IMG/VR virus record: IMGVR_UViG_3300045988_051183
Strand: one strand, 5' to 3'
From: a virus
Length of the DNA stretch: 45,953 nucleotides
Shown: piece by piece, positions 14,362 to 24,768 of the stretch
Numbering within the stretch: the stretch's first letter is position 1
Layout of the letters: every line of letters starts with the position of its first letter
Position numbers and translations under genes: made by a program
The notes under the pieces: generated by a model
Seen by the model: the letters and a program-made list of their open reading frames with translations, nothing else
The model's database searches: none
What the model was told of the DNA's origin: nothing

Positions 14362-15378
14362 ATGGCAGATACGTTTGCAACCAGTTTTGGCGTTCTGAAT
14401 TATTCTGGAATGCTGTTTAACAAGGGTAACGTGCGTACCCCGCTTTCTTCCATCATCGGTAGCAAGGCGAAAACCACGAATCATGTAGAGTTCGTTACTG
14501 GACAGGAGTACACCTCTAACGGTAATGGCTCTCAGCCTGCAATCAGTGAGAGTGCTTCTCTGACTGCCCCGGACGCTGATGTTGTGACCCGTTCTCAGAA
14601 AACGAACGTCACTCAGATTTTCCAGGAGTCCGTTGGTATCTCTTATGGTAAGCAGAGCAACATGGGTACTCTGAGCGGTATCAATGTCGCAGAGCAGCAG
14701 GCAAATCCGATGAGCGAACTGGACTTCCAGGTTGCCGCTAAGATTCAGAAGGTCAACCGTGATATTGAGTACACCTTTATCAACGGTGTGTACAGCAAGG
14801 CTACTTCTGATACGGAAATCAACAAGACCCGTGGTCTGGTGAACGCTATCGAGTCTAACACTATGGCAATGGCTAAGAAGCCCCTGGGTCTGTGGGACAT
14901 TGCCGACATGGTGAAGAAGATTTACGGTGCGAATGCCCCGACTGACGGTCTGGTGCTGTGGTGTGACGCTGTGACTCTGTTCCAGGTCAACGCTGACGCT
15001 GTTCAGAATGGTCTGACTGTGGTTCCTGCTGCCCGTGAGATTAACGGTATCGCTCTTTCCAGTGTGGTAACTCCTATCGGTGTTGTTTACCTGTATCTGG
15101 GTGAGTGCCTGCCTGCGGGTACGGCAATGCTTCTGAACCTTGATGTTCTGGCTCCTGTTTATCAGCCTGTTCCGGGTAAGGGTAACTTCTTCCTGGAGCC
15201 GCTTGCTAAGACGGGTGCGGGTGAGAAGTATCAGCTTTTCGGTCAGATTGGTCTTGACCATGGTCCCGAATGGTATCACGGCAAGTTCACTGGTATTTCT
15301 ACTACCTTTGAGAAGCCGACCTACAGCCGTTCTGTTTATGTGGCGAATGCCGCTGACATTGGCAAGACTACGGGCTGA
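14362..15378 (+). CDS. Major capsid protein (HK97-fold type)
   Basis: 338 aa, located after the scaffold gene, with Gly/Ala/Val/Thr-rich composition typical of capsid proteins and a strong SD. Confidence 0.75.
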   Translation: MADTFATSFGVLNYSGMLFNKGNVRTPLSSIIGSKAKTTNHVEFVTGQEYTSNGNGSQPAISESASLTAPDADVVTRSQKTNVTQIFQESVGISYGKQSNMGTLSGINVAEQQANPMSELDFQVAAKIQKVNRDIEYTFINGVYSKATSDTEINKTRGLVNAIESNTMAMAKKPLGLWDIADMVKKIYGANAPTDGLVLWCDAVTLFQVNADAVQNGLTVVPAAREINGIALSSVVTPIGVVYLYLGECLPAGTAMLLNLDVLAPVYQPVPGKGNFFLEPLAKTGAGEKYQLFGQIGLDHGPEWYHGKFTGISTTFEKPTYSRSVYVANAADIGKTTG

Positions 15379-15403
15379 TGAAGATTAAAAGGAGGTGGAC
15401 AAC

Positions 15404-15715
15404 ATGACCGATGAAGAGAAACTGACCATGCTTAAAAGCATGACAGAGGAAACGGATAACGATGTGTTGTCCACTTACCTCACTTTAGCAAAAGGGGTAG
15501 TGCTTTCCCGTGCCTACCCTTATACGGAAGAAGATAAAGTTCCTGCAAAATATGACACGGTTCATGTTGAGATTGCCGCTTATATGCTGAATAAGCGTGG
15601 GGCAGAGGGTGAAACAGCACACAGCGAAAACGGCGTTTCCCGTTCTTATGAAGATGGTGACATTCCCCCTACCCTGCTGCGGCGAATCCTCCCTATGGCG
15701 GGGGTGATTCTATGA
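15404..15715 (+). CDS. Head-tail connector (gp6-like, DNA-packaging QLRG-type)
   Basis: Its position, and an N-terminus EEKLTMLKSMTEETDNDVLSTYLTLAKGVVL typical of this family. Confidence 0.6.
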   Translation: MTDEEKLTMLKSMTEETDNDVLSTYLTLAKGVVLSRAYPYTEEDKVPAKYDTVHVEIAAYMLNKRGAEGETAHSENGVSRSYEDGDIPPTLLRRILPMAGVIL

Positions 15716-16086
15716 AGCTGATGAAGCGCAATCTCAAGCCCGTGCATTACTGCCTGTACAAAGGCAGGGAGCCGCTTCTGGACGATGACGGGAATGAAAC
15801 TGGTGAATACCAGGTGGGCTATGAAAGCCCCGTTGAACTGCAATGCAGTGTTTCACCTGCGACTGGATATGCCCAGGTGAATATGTTCGGTAACTTAGAG
15901 TCCTATGACAAGGTACTCATTACTGATGATACAAATTGCCCCATTGACGAAAACACCCTGCTCTTTGTGGATAAGGAGCCAGAGTTCGGAAATGACGGCA
16001 ATCCTCTCTGTGACTATAGGGTACGGCGTGTTGCAAAGTCCCTTAACAGTATTTCTTATGCTATTAGCAAGGTGACCGTATCGTGA
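15712..16086 (+). CDS. Head closure / head-tail adaptor protein
   Basis: Synteny, plus an ATGA overlap with the previous gene. Confidence 0.5.
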   Translation: MKLMKRNLKPVHYCLYKGREPLLDDDGNETGEYQVGYESPVELQCSVSPATGYAQVNMFGNLESYDKVLITDDTNCPIDENTLLFVDKEPEFGNDGNPLCDYRVRRVAKSLNSISYAISKVTVS

Positions 16087-16613
16087 GCAAGCGTGTTATC
16101 AAAGTTACGTTATCTGAAAAGAGCATTGACAATGCCATTAAAGAACTCAAGAACTACAAGACGTGGTTGAAAGAGTGTACTGAAAAATTTATACAAGCCC
16201 TTGGCGAAGAGGGAGTCCAGGTGGCTACAGCAAAGTTCCAGACTGCCGTCTATGACGGTACGAATGATGTGAGCGTGTCTGTAGAGAGTAGGGATACCAA
16301 CAAAGTAGCCGTGGTAGCTGTAGGAAGTTCAGTCCTCTTTATTGAGTTTGGTACAGGTGTCAAGTACCCAGACAATCACCCGGAAGCAGGTAAGAACGGT
16401 TTCACCCGTGGTGGCTACGGTTATAAACTGGGACGGCTTGAAAAGGGATGGCGATACACTGGTGACCCTGGTTCTAACGGTGAAGTTATTACCACGGGAA
16501 AACACGCAGGTGAAGTTCATACCTACGGTAACCCTGCAAACATGAGTATGTACGAAACAGTCAGAGAATTGGAAGAGAAATTTGCAGAGATAGCAAGGAG
16601 GTGTTACACATGA
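16083..16613 (+). CDS. HK97 gp10-family tail component
   Basis: The SVLFIEFGTG motif and synteny. Confidence 0.65.
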   Translation: MSKRVIKVTLSEKSIDNAIKELKNYKTWLKECTEKFIQALGEEGVQVATAKFQTAVYDGTNDVSVSVESRDTNKVAVVAVGSSVLFIEFGTGVKYPDNHPEAGKNGFTRGGYGYKLGRLEKGWRYTGDPGSNGEVITTGKHAGEVHTYGNPANMSMYETVRELEEKFAEIARRCYT

Positions 16614-17011
16614 TTGACTGCGAAAACGAAGTCTATACAAGGCTTGCAAAAATCTTGAGAGATAAATTCCCTAAGATTGATATTGCCAGTGAATATGTGA
16701 AATCACCTTCTTCTTTTCCTCATGTGAGTATTACCCAGAGTGACTGCTATATCCCTACGGAGTGGCAGGACAGCAGCATGAAAGAGAATATGGTCATTGC
16801 CATGTTTGAAATCAATGTCTACTCCAATAAGGCAGAGGGTAAGAAAACAGAATGCAAGAAGATTATCAAAGAAATCAATGACGCATTGTACTCCATGAAT
16901 TTTAGGCGCACGGCTATGACCCCGGTTCCGAACATGGAGGACGCAACAATCTATCGGATTACAGCCCGCTTCCGTGTGGCAACCGATGGAAAACACTTTT
17001 ACAGGAGGTAA
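16610..17011 (+). CDS. Tail completion / tail terminator-like protein
   Basis: Synteny; it lies immediately upstream of the major tail protein. Confidence 0.5.
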   Translation: MIDCENEVYTRLAKILRDKFPKIDIASEYVKSPSSFPHVSITQSDCYIPTEWQDSSMKENMVIAMFEINVYSNKAEGKKTECKKIIKEINDALYSMNFRRTAMTPVPNMEDATIYRITARFRVATDGKHFYRR

Positions 17012-17016
17012 GTGAA

Positions 17017-17442
17017 ATGGCTACAAGTACTTATATGACTTTCCTCATGCACAAGAAGGAAACGGCATGGGAGAAGCTGCTTGACATTACTGAGTTCCCC
17101 GACCTGGGCGGTGACCCGGAACTGCTTGAAACCACCACTCTGTCTGACAAAATGCAGACCTATGTGAATGGTGTCCAGAGCAATGACGGCATGACCTTTA
17201 ATGCCAATTATGACCACACTGAGTATAAGGCTCTGAAAGCCCTTGAGGGTAAGAACGAGGAATACGCAGTATGGTTCGGTGGCACTGAGACTGCAAGTTC
17301 CCCGACTCCTACGGGTTCTGAGGGCAAGTTCAAGTTTGCAGGCGAACTGTCCGTCTACGTTACTGGTGGCGGCGTGAATGAGGTTCGTGGTATGGCGATT
17401 ACGATTGCCCCGTCCACTCCTATCACTGAGGACGAAGAGTAA
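17017..17442 (+). CDS. Major tail protein (TP901-1 / phi13-like)
   Basis: MATSTYMTFLMHK..LLDITEFPDLGGDPELLETTTLSD is typical of this siphovirus tail tube family. Confidence 0.7.
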   Translation: MATSTYMTFLMHKKETAWEKLLDITEFPDLGGDPELLETTTLSDKMQTYVNGVQSNDGMTFNANYDHTEYKALKALEGKNEEYAVWFGGTETASSPTPTGSEGKFKFAGELSVYVTGGGVNEVRGMAITIAPSTPITEDEE

Positions 17443-17481
17443 GATTACATTTAATTTTGAGAATTAAAGGAGAGTTGAGCA

Positions 17482-17814
17482 ATGGCTAAACAGATTGTTT
17501 TTACCTATGAAGATAAGGAATACACGCTTGAGTTTACCAGGCGTACTGTCAAGCAGATGGAGGATGAGGGCTTTGTTGCACAGGACATTGACCGTAAGCC
17601 TATGACTCTGCTTCCTGCTCTTTTTGCAGGTGCATTCAAGGCGCACCATCGTTTCGTGAAGCAGGATGTGATTGACAAGATTTATGCGGGTATGCCCCAT
17701 AAGGACGAACTGATTGGTAAGTTGGCAGAGATGTACAATGACCCGATTGTGACTCTGATGGAGGAACCCGATGAGAAAGCGGTAAAAAACGTGAGTTGGG
17801 AAGCGAACTGGTAA
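17482..17814 (+). CDS. Tail assembly chaperone (gpG-like)
   Basis: Located between the major tail protein and the tape measure, with a slippery site near its 3' end. Confidence 0.7.
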   Translation: MAKQIVFTYEDKEYTLEFTRRTVKQMEDEGFVAQDIDRKPMTLLPALFAGAFKAHHRFVKQDVIDKIYAGMPHKDELIGKLAEMYNDPIVTLMEEPDEKAVKNVSWEANW

Positions 17815-18254
17815 CGGGTTCGGACTCCCAGGCTGCAACGGGCGGCGGCAACCGCCGCTTGCCCGTTGTTTATCGTTACGGGGAAACTTTTGAAAAACTC
17901 TGCGGTTATTACATGAGTCTGGGTATGGGCTATCACGATTACTGGGATGGTGATTGTGAGATGGCACGGTACTACAGGGATATGGATGAAAAGGTCAAAG
18001 AGCGGCAGAATGAAGCCCTCTGGTTACAAGGTCTGTATTTCTATGAAGCGTTGGTTGACGCTTCCCCGGTACTGAACGCTATGAGTAAAAAGCATAAGCC
18101 TATTCCTTACAGGCAGGCTCCGATTCCTCTCACCGAAGCACGTCATAGACAGCAGCAAGAGGAAGAAAATCACAAGAAGCTGAATGCAGGTAAGGAAGCC
18201 ATGAAGCAGATAATGGCAGGGGTTAATTCAAAATTCAAACGGAAGGAGGAATAA
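17482..18254 (+). CDS. Tail assembly chaperone -1 frameshift fusion (gpGT-like)
   Basis: A shift from frame 1 to frame 0 at 17784-17790 joins the two ORFs. The downstream part ends 4 nt before the tape measure start. Confidence 0.65.
17784..17790 (+). promoter_or_regulatory. Slippery heptamer AAAAAAC for a -1 programmed frameshift
   Basis: In the zero frame it reads gtA AAA AAC. The -1 frame is open from here to 18254. Confidence 0.7.
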
Positions 18255-18257
18255 ATC

Positions 18258-21200
18258 ATGGCAGTTGAGATTGAAGGTCTTGAGTTTCAAATTGAAGCGA
18301 AGTCCGAAAATGCCGCTAAAGGTGTAGACGCTCTGATTAACAGCTTCAATAAGCTGAAAGCCGCAACCAAAGGCGGCGCAGGTCTGAACAATATCAGCAA
18401 GAAACTGGACGCAATCAGTAATGCAAAGCTGAGTATGTCCGGGATTGAGAAGATTGAAGATTTGACGAAAAGCCTTAATTCTCTGAGCAATGTCAAGATT
18501 TCCTCCACAATCTCTAAGAGAATAACTGAAATCGGTGCTTCTCTGGATGGTCTGAATTGGTCTGGTGTGGAAAAGGTTGAAGCACTCAGCACTGCTCTAC
18601 AGAATATGCAGGGCATTCAGATTCCGAATATGAGAAATATTACTGGGAACCAGACGGCTACGCCTGCCGGGACTGCGGCTCCGGCTGACCCTGCGGGTGC
18701 AACAAATGCGGGTGCGGCAGCTACAGCGGCAACCTCTGGTATCACTCAGTATACTTCCCAGATAACTGCTGCCGCTACGCAGACCAGGGGATTCCTGGGT
18801 GTTCTGCAAGGCGTAGGTGGTGTGTTCTCAAGAGCATTTTCTGCTGTAGGTGGTGTTGCTCTGAAAGCATTTCAAGCTGCCTTGAAGGGGGTAAGCACTG
18901 CGGCAAAATCAGCAGTGAATGCTTGTAAGAAACTGGGAAGCACTATCGGCTCCAAACTGAGTAGCAAGGTGAAGCAAACAACTTCGGGTATGGGTCAGTT
19001 GTTCTCTTCCTTAAAGCGTATTGCATTGTACCGTGCAATTCGATTCTTCTTTGCACAACTTACTGCTGCAATGAAGGAAGGTATTCAGAATTTGTATATG
19101 TACAGTTCCCTCATGGGCGGTACGTTCAAGGGAAGTATGGACAGTCTGGCAACCAGTTTCCAGTACCTCAAGAACAGCATGGGTGCTATGGTGGCTCCGC
19201 TCATCAATATGATTGCTCCTGCGGTGGACGCTCTGATTGATAAATTTGCAGCATTGCTGAACATTGTCAATCAGTTCTTCGCTCGTCTGTCTGGTGCAAC
19301 CACCTTCACGAAAGCGAAGAAAGCGGCAGCTTCCTATGGCGATTCTATCTCTGGTGCGGGTAAGTCTGCGAAGAAAGCGGCAAAGGATATTAAGGACGCT
19401 ACGGTTGGCATTGATGAATTGAACATTATCAGTCAGAAGGATTCCAGTGGAAGCGGTTCTGGCAGTAAGAACTATGGCGATATGTTTGAAACCGTGCCGA
19501 TTGACAGTAGCATTTCTGAATTTACCGACAAGCTGAAAGCAGCACTGGACGCAGGTGACTGGAAAACCCTGGGTACTTTACTGGGTGAAAAGTTCAATGA
19601 GATTGTGGATAGCATTGATTGGTCTGGTATCGGTCACAAGATTGGATACGGACTGAACGGTGCAATACAGACAGCATACTGGTTCCTAAAGACAGCGGAT
19701 TTCAAGAACCTGGGTAACCATATAGCAGAACTGCTGAATGGTGCAATGGAGGAAATTGACTTCACATACCTGGGCAGACTTCTGGTTCGTGGTGTCACGG
19801 TAGCCCTTGATTTTATGATTGGCTTGCTTGGCGGTTTGAATTGGAGCCTTGTGGGAAAGAGCATTGGCGATTTCTTGAAGGGTGCATTCAATGAAGCCCA
19901 GGAGTGGATTGCAAGCTATAACTGGAACAAGATGGGCAAAGACCTGTGGAAGAATCTCAAGGCTTGTATCAAGGGCATTGACTTTGCAGGTGTGGCACAG
20001 AGTTTCTTCAAGTTACTGGGTTCTGCTCTGGCGGCTGCGGTTAGCTTTATCGCAGGTTTCGTGCAGGGTATCTGGGAGGACATTACCGGGTACTTCCAGA
20101 AATATCTCACCAATGATGACGGTACAAAGAAATGTGGTCTTGACTGGGTAGCGGGTCTACTTGAGGGTATCTGGGACGGCATTAAAAATATCGGCAAGTG
20201 GATTAAGGAGAACGTATTTGACCCGTTCATTGAGGGATTCAAAGAGTGCTTCGGTATTCACTCTCCTTCTACAGTAATGAAGGAGATGGGCGGTTATGTG
20301 GTCGAAGGTTTCTTGCAGGGACTTAACAAGTTCAGTGAGATTGCAGGCAAGGTGAAGGAATGGGCAGGTAAAGTCATTGAGTGGTTCACGAAGGGTGAGG
20401 ACGGCAAGGGTATTGTTGAGCATTTCAAGGAAATCGGCGGCAATATCGTAAGCGGCTTCAAAGACAAGGTTGGTGGCACTTATACCACGGTCAAGTCTAA
20501 CGTGACTACCTGGGCAAGCAAAGTGAAAGACTGGTTCAGCAACAACTCTTTTGGTGGAGTGAACAGCGATACTTTCAGTACCTTTGCGAACAACACGATT
20601 GAAGGTTTCCGAACCAAAGTCGGTAGTGCCTATACCAACACCAAAACGAATGTGACCACCTGGGCAAGTAAGGTCAAGGAATGGTTCACCAGTAGTTCCT
20701 TCGGTGGCGTAAACTCTACGAACTTCCAGACGTTTGCCGGGAATGTCATTGAGGGCTTCCGCACAAAAGTAGGTTCTACCTACACCACTACGAAGTCCAA
20801 CATGGTCACCTGGGCTACGAATGTGAAAGAGTGGTTTACGAACAGCGGCTTCGGCGGTGTGAACTCCGCAAATTTCCAGACCTTTGCAAACAATGTGGTG
20901 ACCGGGTTCAAGGATAAGATTGGTTCTGCGTATGTGAATACGAAGAGCAATATGACTACCTGGGCAACCAATGTGAAGAACTGGTTCTCTGGTATCGCTT
21001 CCGCTTCTGCATTTTCTGGCTTCGCAACCAGTGTGGTTGATGGATTCAAGAACAGAATCGGCGGCTACTATACTGCGGCACAGGGTAACATGAGTACCTT
21101 CGGTAGCAGCGTGAAGAGTTGGTTCACAGCGCACTGCTCCTACAACGGTTTCTATAATGTAGCTTCTGACGTAGTGAGTGGTTTTAAGAATGGTATCGGT

Positions 21201-21710
21201 GAATTGTACCATACTTGCAAAAGCACAATCTCTTCCTGGGGTAGTTCCATCATTTCCTGGTTCAAGGACAAGTTGGACGTAAACTCCCCGTCTAAGGTCT
21301 TTTATGAGATTGGTGGTTTTGCCGTTGCAGGTTTCAATAATGCGATTACCCAGGTGGGTAAGAGTACGAAGTCTGTAGTCGGCACATGGGCTGATTCCTT
21401 CACGAATTTCAGTCCGACAATGGCACTGGCAGTTGATACTTCTGCTCTGAAATATTATGACTCTGCCGCATTCTCCCGGTCTATTTCTTCTAACGTACAG
21501 AGCAGCACGGAGATTTCCGCAACGGGCTTCCGTGAAGCCATGGAGGATTTCTACCATGAGTACGTTGAACCGACCATGGTTCAGATGGCTGATGATATGC
21601 GTAGGCAAGCTGATAAGGAAGAGAAAACCGTGGTGCAGGTTGGTAACCGTGTGGTGACTGACGCTGTGACCACTCAGAAGAAAGCCAATGGCTATAGCTT
21701 TACGGGATAA
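18258..21710 (+). CDS. Tape measure protein
   Basis: 1150 aa with Ala/Gly/Ser-rich helical N-terminal segments and internal tandem repeats, located after the chaperone pair. Confidence 0.9.
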   Translation: MAVEIEGLEFQIEAKSENAAKGVDALINSFNKLKAATKGGAGLNNISKKLDAISNAKLSMSGIEKIEDLTKSLNSLSNVKISSTISKRITEIGASLDGLNWSGVEKVEALSTALQNMQGIQIPNMRNITGNQTATPAGTAAPADPAGATNAGAAATAATSGITQYTSQITAAATQTRGFLGVLQGVGGVFSRAFSAVGGVALKAFQAALKGVSTAAKSAVNACKKLGSTIGSKLSSKVKQTTSGMGQLFSSLKRIALYRAIRFFFAQLTAAMKEGIQNLYMYSSLMGGTFKGSMDSLATSFQYLKNSMGAMVAPLINMIAPAVDALIDKFAALLNIVNQFFARLSGATTFTKAKKAAASYGDSISGAGKSAKKAAKDIKDATVGIDELNIISQKDSSGSGSGSKNYGDMFETVPIDSSISEFTDKLKAALDAGDWKTLGTLLGEKFNEIVDSIDWSGIGHKIGYGLNGAIQTAYWFLKTADFKNLGNHIAELLNGAMEEIDFTYLGRLLVRGVTVALDFMIGLLGGLNWSLVGKSIGDFLKGAFNEAQEWIASYNWNKMGKDLWKNLKACIKGIDFAGVAQSFFKLLGSALAAAVSFIAGFVQGIWEDITGYFQKYLTNDDGTKKCGLDWVAGLLEGIWDGIKNIGKWIKENVFDPFIEGFKECFGIHSPSTVMKEMGGYVVEGFLQGLNKFSEIAGKVKEWAGKVIEWFTKGEDGKGIVEHFKEIGGNIVSGFKDKVGGTYTTVKSNVTTWASKVKDWFSNNSFGGVNSDTFSTFANNTIEGFRTKVGSAYTNTKTNVTTWASKVKEWFTSSSFGGVNSTNFQTFAGNVIEGFRTKVGSTYTTTKSNMVTWATNVKEWFTNSGFGGVNSANFQTFANNVVTGFKDKIGSAYVNTKSNMTTWATNVKNWFSGIASASAFSGFATSVVDGFKNRIGGYYTAAQGNMSTFGSSVKSWFTAHCSYNGFYNVASDVVSGFKNGIGELYHTCKSTISSWGSSIISWFKDKLDVNSPSKVFYEIGGFAVAGFNNAITQVGKSTKSVVGTWADSFTNFSPTMALAVDTSALKYYDSAAFSRSISSNVQSSTEISATGFREAMEDFYHEYVEPTMVQMADDMRRQADKEEKTVVQVGNRVVTDAVTTQKKANGYSFTG
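20454..21275 (+). repeat. Six tandem 138-150 bp coding repeats inside the tape measure gene
   Basis: Units start at 20454, 20604, 20754, 20904, 21042 and 21180. Each encodes GF(K/R)xK(V/I)G..Y...K.N..TWA..VK.WF. Confidence 0.85.
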
Positions 21711-21724
21711 GGAGGTAATGTGTA

Positions 21725-22096
21725 ATGGCTTATCTGGCAATCAACGGTTATGCGTTACCTCCCTGCAAGAGAGGTGTCACCCCTACGGTGACCACTCTTG
21801 TAGATTCCGGGCGTAACGCAAACGGTACGGTGGTGGGTCAGCGTATCGGACGTGACCAGTACAAGATTGACAATCTGGAATGGTCATGGCTCACTGCCGA
21901 ACAGTGGTCAAAGATACTGAGTATCCTTGATAACTTCTTTGTAAATGTAACTTTTATTGACCCTGTAAGTAATGCACCTAAAACCATCAAAATGTACTGT
22001 GGTAACCGAACGGCTGAACCCTACTGGGTAGATGAGGACGGTCACCCGACACACTACAGGAATTGCAAGGTGAATCTGATTGACGTAGGAGAGTGA
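21725..22096 (+). CDS. Tail-associated protein (position of a distal tail protein)
   Basis: Synteny only. Confidence 0.4.
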   Translation: MAYLAINGYALPPCKRGVTPTVTTLVDSGRNANGTVVGQRIGRDQYKIDNLEWSWLTAEQWSKILSILDNFFVNVTFIDPVSNAPKTIKMYCGNRTAEPYWVDEDGHPTHYRNCKVNLIDVGE

Positions 22097-22100
22097 TTTT

Positions 22101-24323
22101 ATGCAAAAGGTATCCAAAGAGTATAAGGCAAGCATGAAAGACTCCCTCCGTGAGAGAGCATACATAATGATTTCTTTCGGAGTTGTCAACCAGGAAGCGC
22201 AGGCGAAAGCCAGAGTAGACAGCGGAGAGTTTGCCTACTTCTCCAACCCGGACAACTTGTTCAATGAGGGTGATGACGATGTGGTGTACGCAACTCTGGA
22301 AGAGAATTTCACAAGGGTTGACGGTTCCATGTATTTTCTCCCACGGAACAAGCCGGGTGCAATGTTCTACAACACAGGGTTGGTAGGAAAGAATCTGGTG
22401 TCAGACGGACTGTATGAAGTGACCATAAACCTTCATGCGGCTCCGACTGATTTCAGAGGTATCACGATTAACTTCGGTGAGAATTATCCTACTGATTTCG
22501 ATTTTGTCACTAATACCGGGCAAAAGGTTGAGTTCCGGGATAACGACAAAGCTGTTTTTACTACAGAGGAAGTGCTTGAGAATGTAACCACACTGACTCT
22601 GGTGATTCATAAAATGAAGAACTTACGAAGCAGGCTGCGTATTTACTCCTTCCGTTTCGGTTACGGACTGGTGTACTACAACGATTCTGTTATGAGTTCT
22701 TCGCTTGAGAGTTACGTCAGTCCGATTGGTGCTGACATTCCTCAGATTGATTTCTCAGTAACGCTGAAAAACTATGACAAGTATTTCAACGTGGACAACC
22801 CGAAGTCGGCTATCAACTTCCTGGAAACGGGACAGGAGATGGACATTTACTACGGGTATCAACTTCCGAACTCTGATGAAATCGAATGGGTCAGAGGAAA
22901 TCACCTGCTCTGTTCTGAGTGGGAGTCCGATGACTATACGGCAACAATCCGTTGCCAGGACGTGTTCCGTAACATGGACACGGAGTATTACAAAGGGTTG
23001 TATGCTCCGAACGGCAAAAGTTATTATGACCTGGCGATTGAGGTTCTGAAAGCTGCCGGGGAGAAAGACTACTATGTTGACCCCCGACTCAAAAAGCTGT
23101 ACACGAAGAACCCTATCCCCCGTGTTTCCTGCAAGGAAGCATTACAGATTATAGCCAATGCCTGCCGCTGTGTTCTGTCACAGTCCAGAGTTGGTACGAT
23201 TCAGATTAAATCCTCTTTCGTCCCGGAAGCTGCGGCAAGCAGCAATGGTGAAACCGATTACTCCCATATTGCGAAGATTCTGACGGATGACACCAAAGAT
23301 GAGTACGCAACACTGGCAAGTAACTACACCACGGCAGACGGGACAATGTTCTTCCTGCCACGGGCGGCAAGTAAGAGGACGCTGAACACAGGCTTTATCT
23401 CAGAACAGCAGTCTGACGCTGACGGTAAGTTTACCACAAACCCTATGGTGACAATCGTGCAGGAAGCCGCCTGTATGTACTACGGTGTGAAGTTCGTGTT
23501 CGGTAATGCCCTTCCTTCGGGAATGGTCATTCGCACCTACAACAATAACGAATTGGTTACTGAGTATGAGGTGGAAGAAGAGATTACAAAGACCCTGGTG
23601 ATTCTTCGGGACTTTGATGATTTCGACACTATGAAGATTGAGTTCACGGGAACGGCAGAGCCGTACAACCGTATTGTGCTTAACAACTTCGCTTTCGGTG
23701 ATGTGACTGACTTCACTATGGAGCGGCAGGACATGACTTCTTCCCCGAAAGCTATCAAGCAGGAGTTGGTCAAAGAGGTTATCGTTCCTTGCTACAGTTA
23801 TCAGCCGGGTAATGCGGAAGAAAGTCTTGTCAGTGAGGATATTACCGTGAAGTCTGGTGATGTGGAAACCTTCTATGTGGGTGAACCGTCCTACAACTTC
23901 CGAGCAACACTGGACGAAAGTGCCAGTGGTGTGAGTATTACTGCATGGGGTAACTACTATGTGACAGTCAAGTTCTCTAAGACAGGAACCTTCCGTCTGG
24001 AAATTCTGGGCTATCGGTACAAAATCGTGGAGCGATATGCCACGAAGTCACTGAACAGCAGAGGTAAGTCTGTAAAATGGGCGAACCCGCTTATCAGTGA
24101 TATGGCGATTGCTACGGAACTGGCTGAATGGATTGGTGACTATTATACCGCAGGTATTGAGTATGAGTACGATACCAGAGGCAACCCGGAAATTGACGCA
24201 AACGATATTGTGTACCAGGAAAATGAGTTCCATGACGGAATGAAGGTAAATATCTATCGGCACACAATCAACTTTGACCAGGCGTTCAGCGGCAAGGTAA
24301 CCGCAAGACGTGTATCCAGTTAG
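22101..24323 (+). CDS. Large tail tip / baseplate protein (740 aa)
   Basis: Synteny and size. No catalytic motif was recognised. Confidence 0.45.
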   Translation: MQKVSKEYKASMKDSLRERAYIMISFGVVNQEAQAKARVDSGEFAYFSNPDNLFNEGDDDVVYATLEENFTRVDGSMYFLPRNKPGAMFYNTGLVGKNLVSDGLYEVTINLHAAPTDFRGITINFGENYPTDFDFVTNTGQKVEFRDNDKAVFTTEEVLENVTTLTLVIHKMKNLRSRLRIYSFRFGYGLVYYNDSVMSSSLESYVSPIGADIPQIDFSVTLKNYDKYFNVDNPKSAINFLETGQEMDIYYGYQLPNSDEIEWVRGNHLLCSEWESDDYTATIRCQDVFRNMDTEYYKGLYAPNGKSYYDLAIEVLKAAGEKDYYVDPRLKKLYTKNPIPRVSCKEALQIIANACRCVLSQSRVGTIQIKSSFVPEAAASSNGETDYSHIAKILTDDTKDEYATLASNYTTADGTMFFLPRAASKRTLNTGFISEQQSDADGKFTTNPMVTIVQEAACMYYGVKFVFGNALPSGMVIRTYNNNELVTEYEVEEEITKTLVILRDFDDFDTMKIEFTGTAEPYNRIVLNNFAFGDVTDFTMERQDMTSSPKAIKQELVKEVIVPCYSYQPGNAEESLVSEDITVKSGDVETFYVGEPSYNFRATLDESASGVSITAWGNYYVTVKFSKTGTFRLEILGYRYKIVERYATKSLNSRGKSVKWANPLISDMAIATELAEWIGDYYTAGIEYEYDTRGNPEIDANDIVYQENEFHDGMKVNIYRHTINFDQAFSGKVTARRVSS

Positions 24324-24336
24324 GAGGTGACGGAAG

Positions 24337-24768
24337 ATGGCATGGCAAACACCTAAAACAGATTGGCACGGAAGTACAAATTCAGAAGGTGTTTATACGG
24401 GTGACAGATTCAATGCTTCTGACTTCAACCGTATCAAGAACAATCTGACGTTCCTCCGGGATACGGCAATCAATCTGTACAAGGAGTTCTCCCTTGTAAG
24501 CCTGGGTGATGACAGAGTACCAGGTGATTACTTCTACGCTGATGAAATCAATCAGCTTGAAGAAAATCTGGAAACCCTCAATACCAACACTCTCAGAATG
24601 TCTTACGGGTCTGCACCCGTTTATAACGATAACGGCACTACGATGGATTTCAATGAACTGAATCGTTTGGAGGGTGCAATCTTAGACCTGTATGACAGAC
24701 TCACTAATGAGAGTGAAGGAAGGAGGATGTTTACATGGAATTTCGGAATGAAGGGAGGGGACTTGTAA
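24337..24768 (+). CDS. Hypothetical tail fibre-associated protein
   Basis: Synteny and a strong SD. Confidence 0.4.
   Translation: MAWQTPKTDWHGSTNSEGVYTGDRFNASDFNRIKNNLTFLRDTAINLYKEFSLVSLGDDRVPGDYFYADEINQLEENLETLNTNTLRMSYGSAPVYNDNGTTMDFNELNRLEGAILDLYDRLTNESEGRRMFTWNFGMKGGDL

Noticed and set aside
14242-15279. 345-aa ORF on the minus strand
   Set aside because: It lies entirely antisense to the scaffold 3' end and the major capsid gene. Its composition is Arg/Ser/Thr/Leu-rich, there is no SD, and no family resemblance was seen. This is a typical shadow ORF.
20157-21740. 527-aa ORF on the minus strand
   Set aside because: It is antisense to the tape measure gene across its tandem repeats. 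The low-complexity, stop-poor reverse frame is a consequence of the repeat codon usage, not an independent gene.
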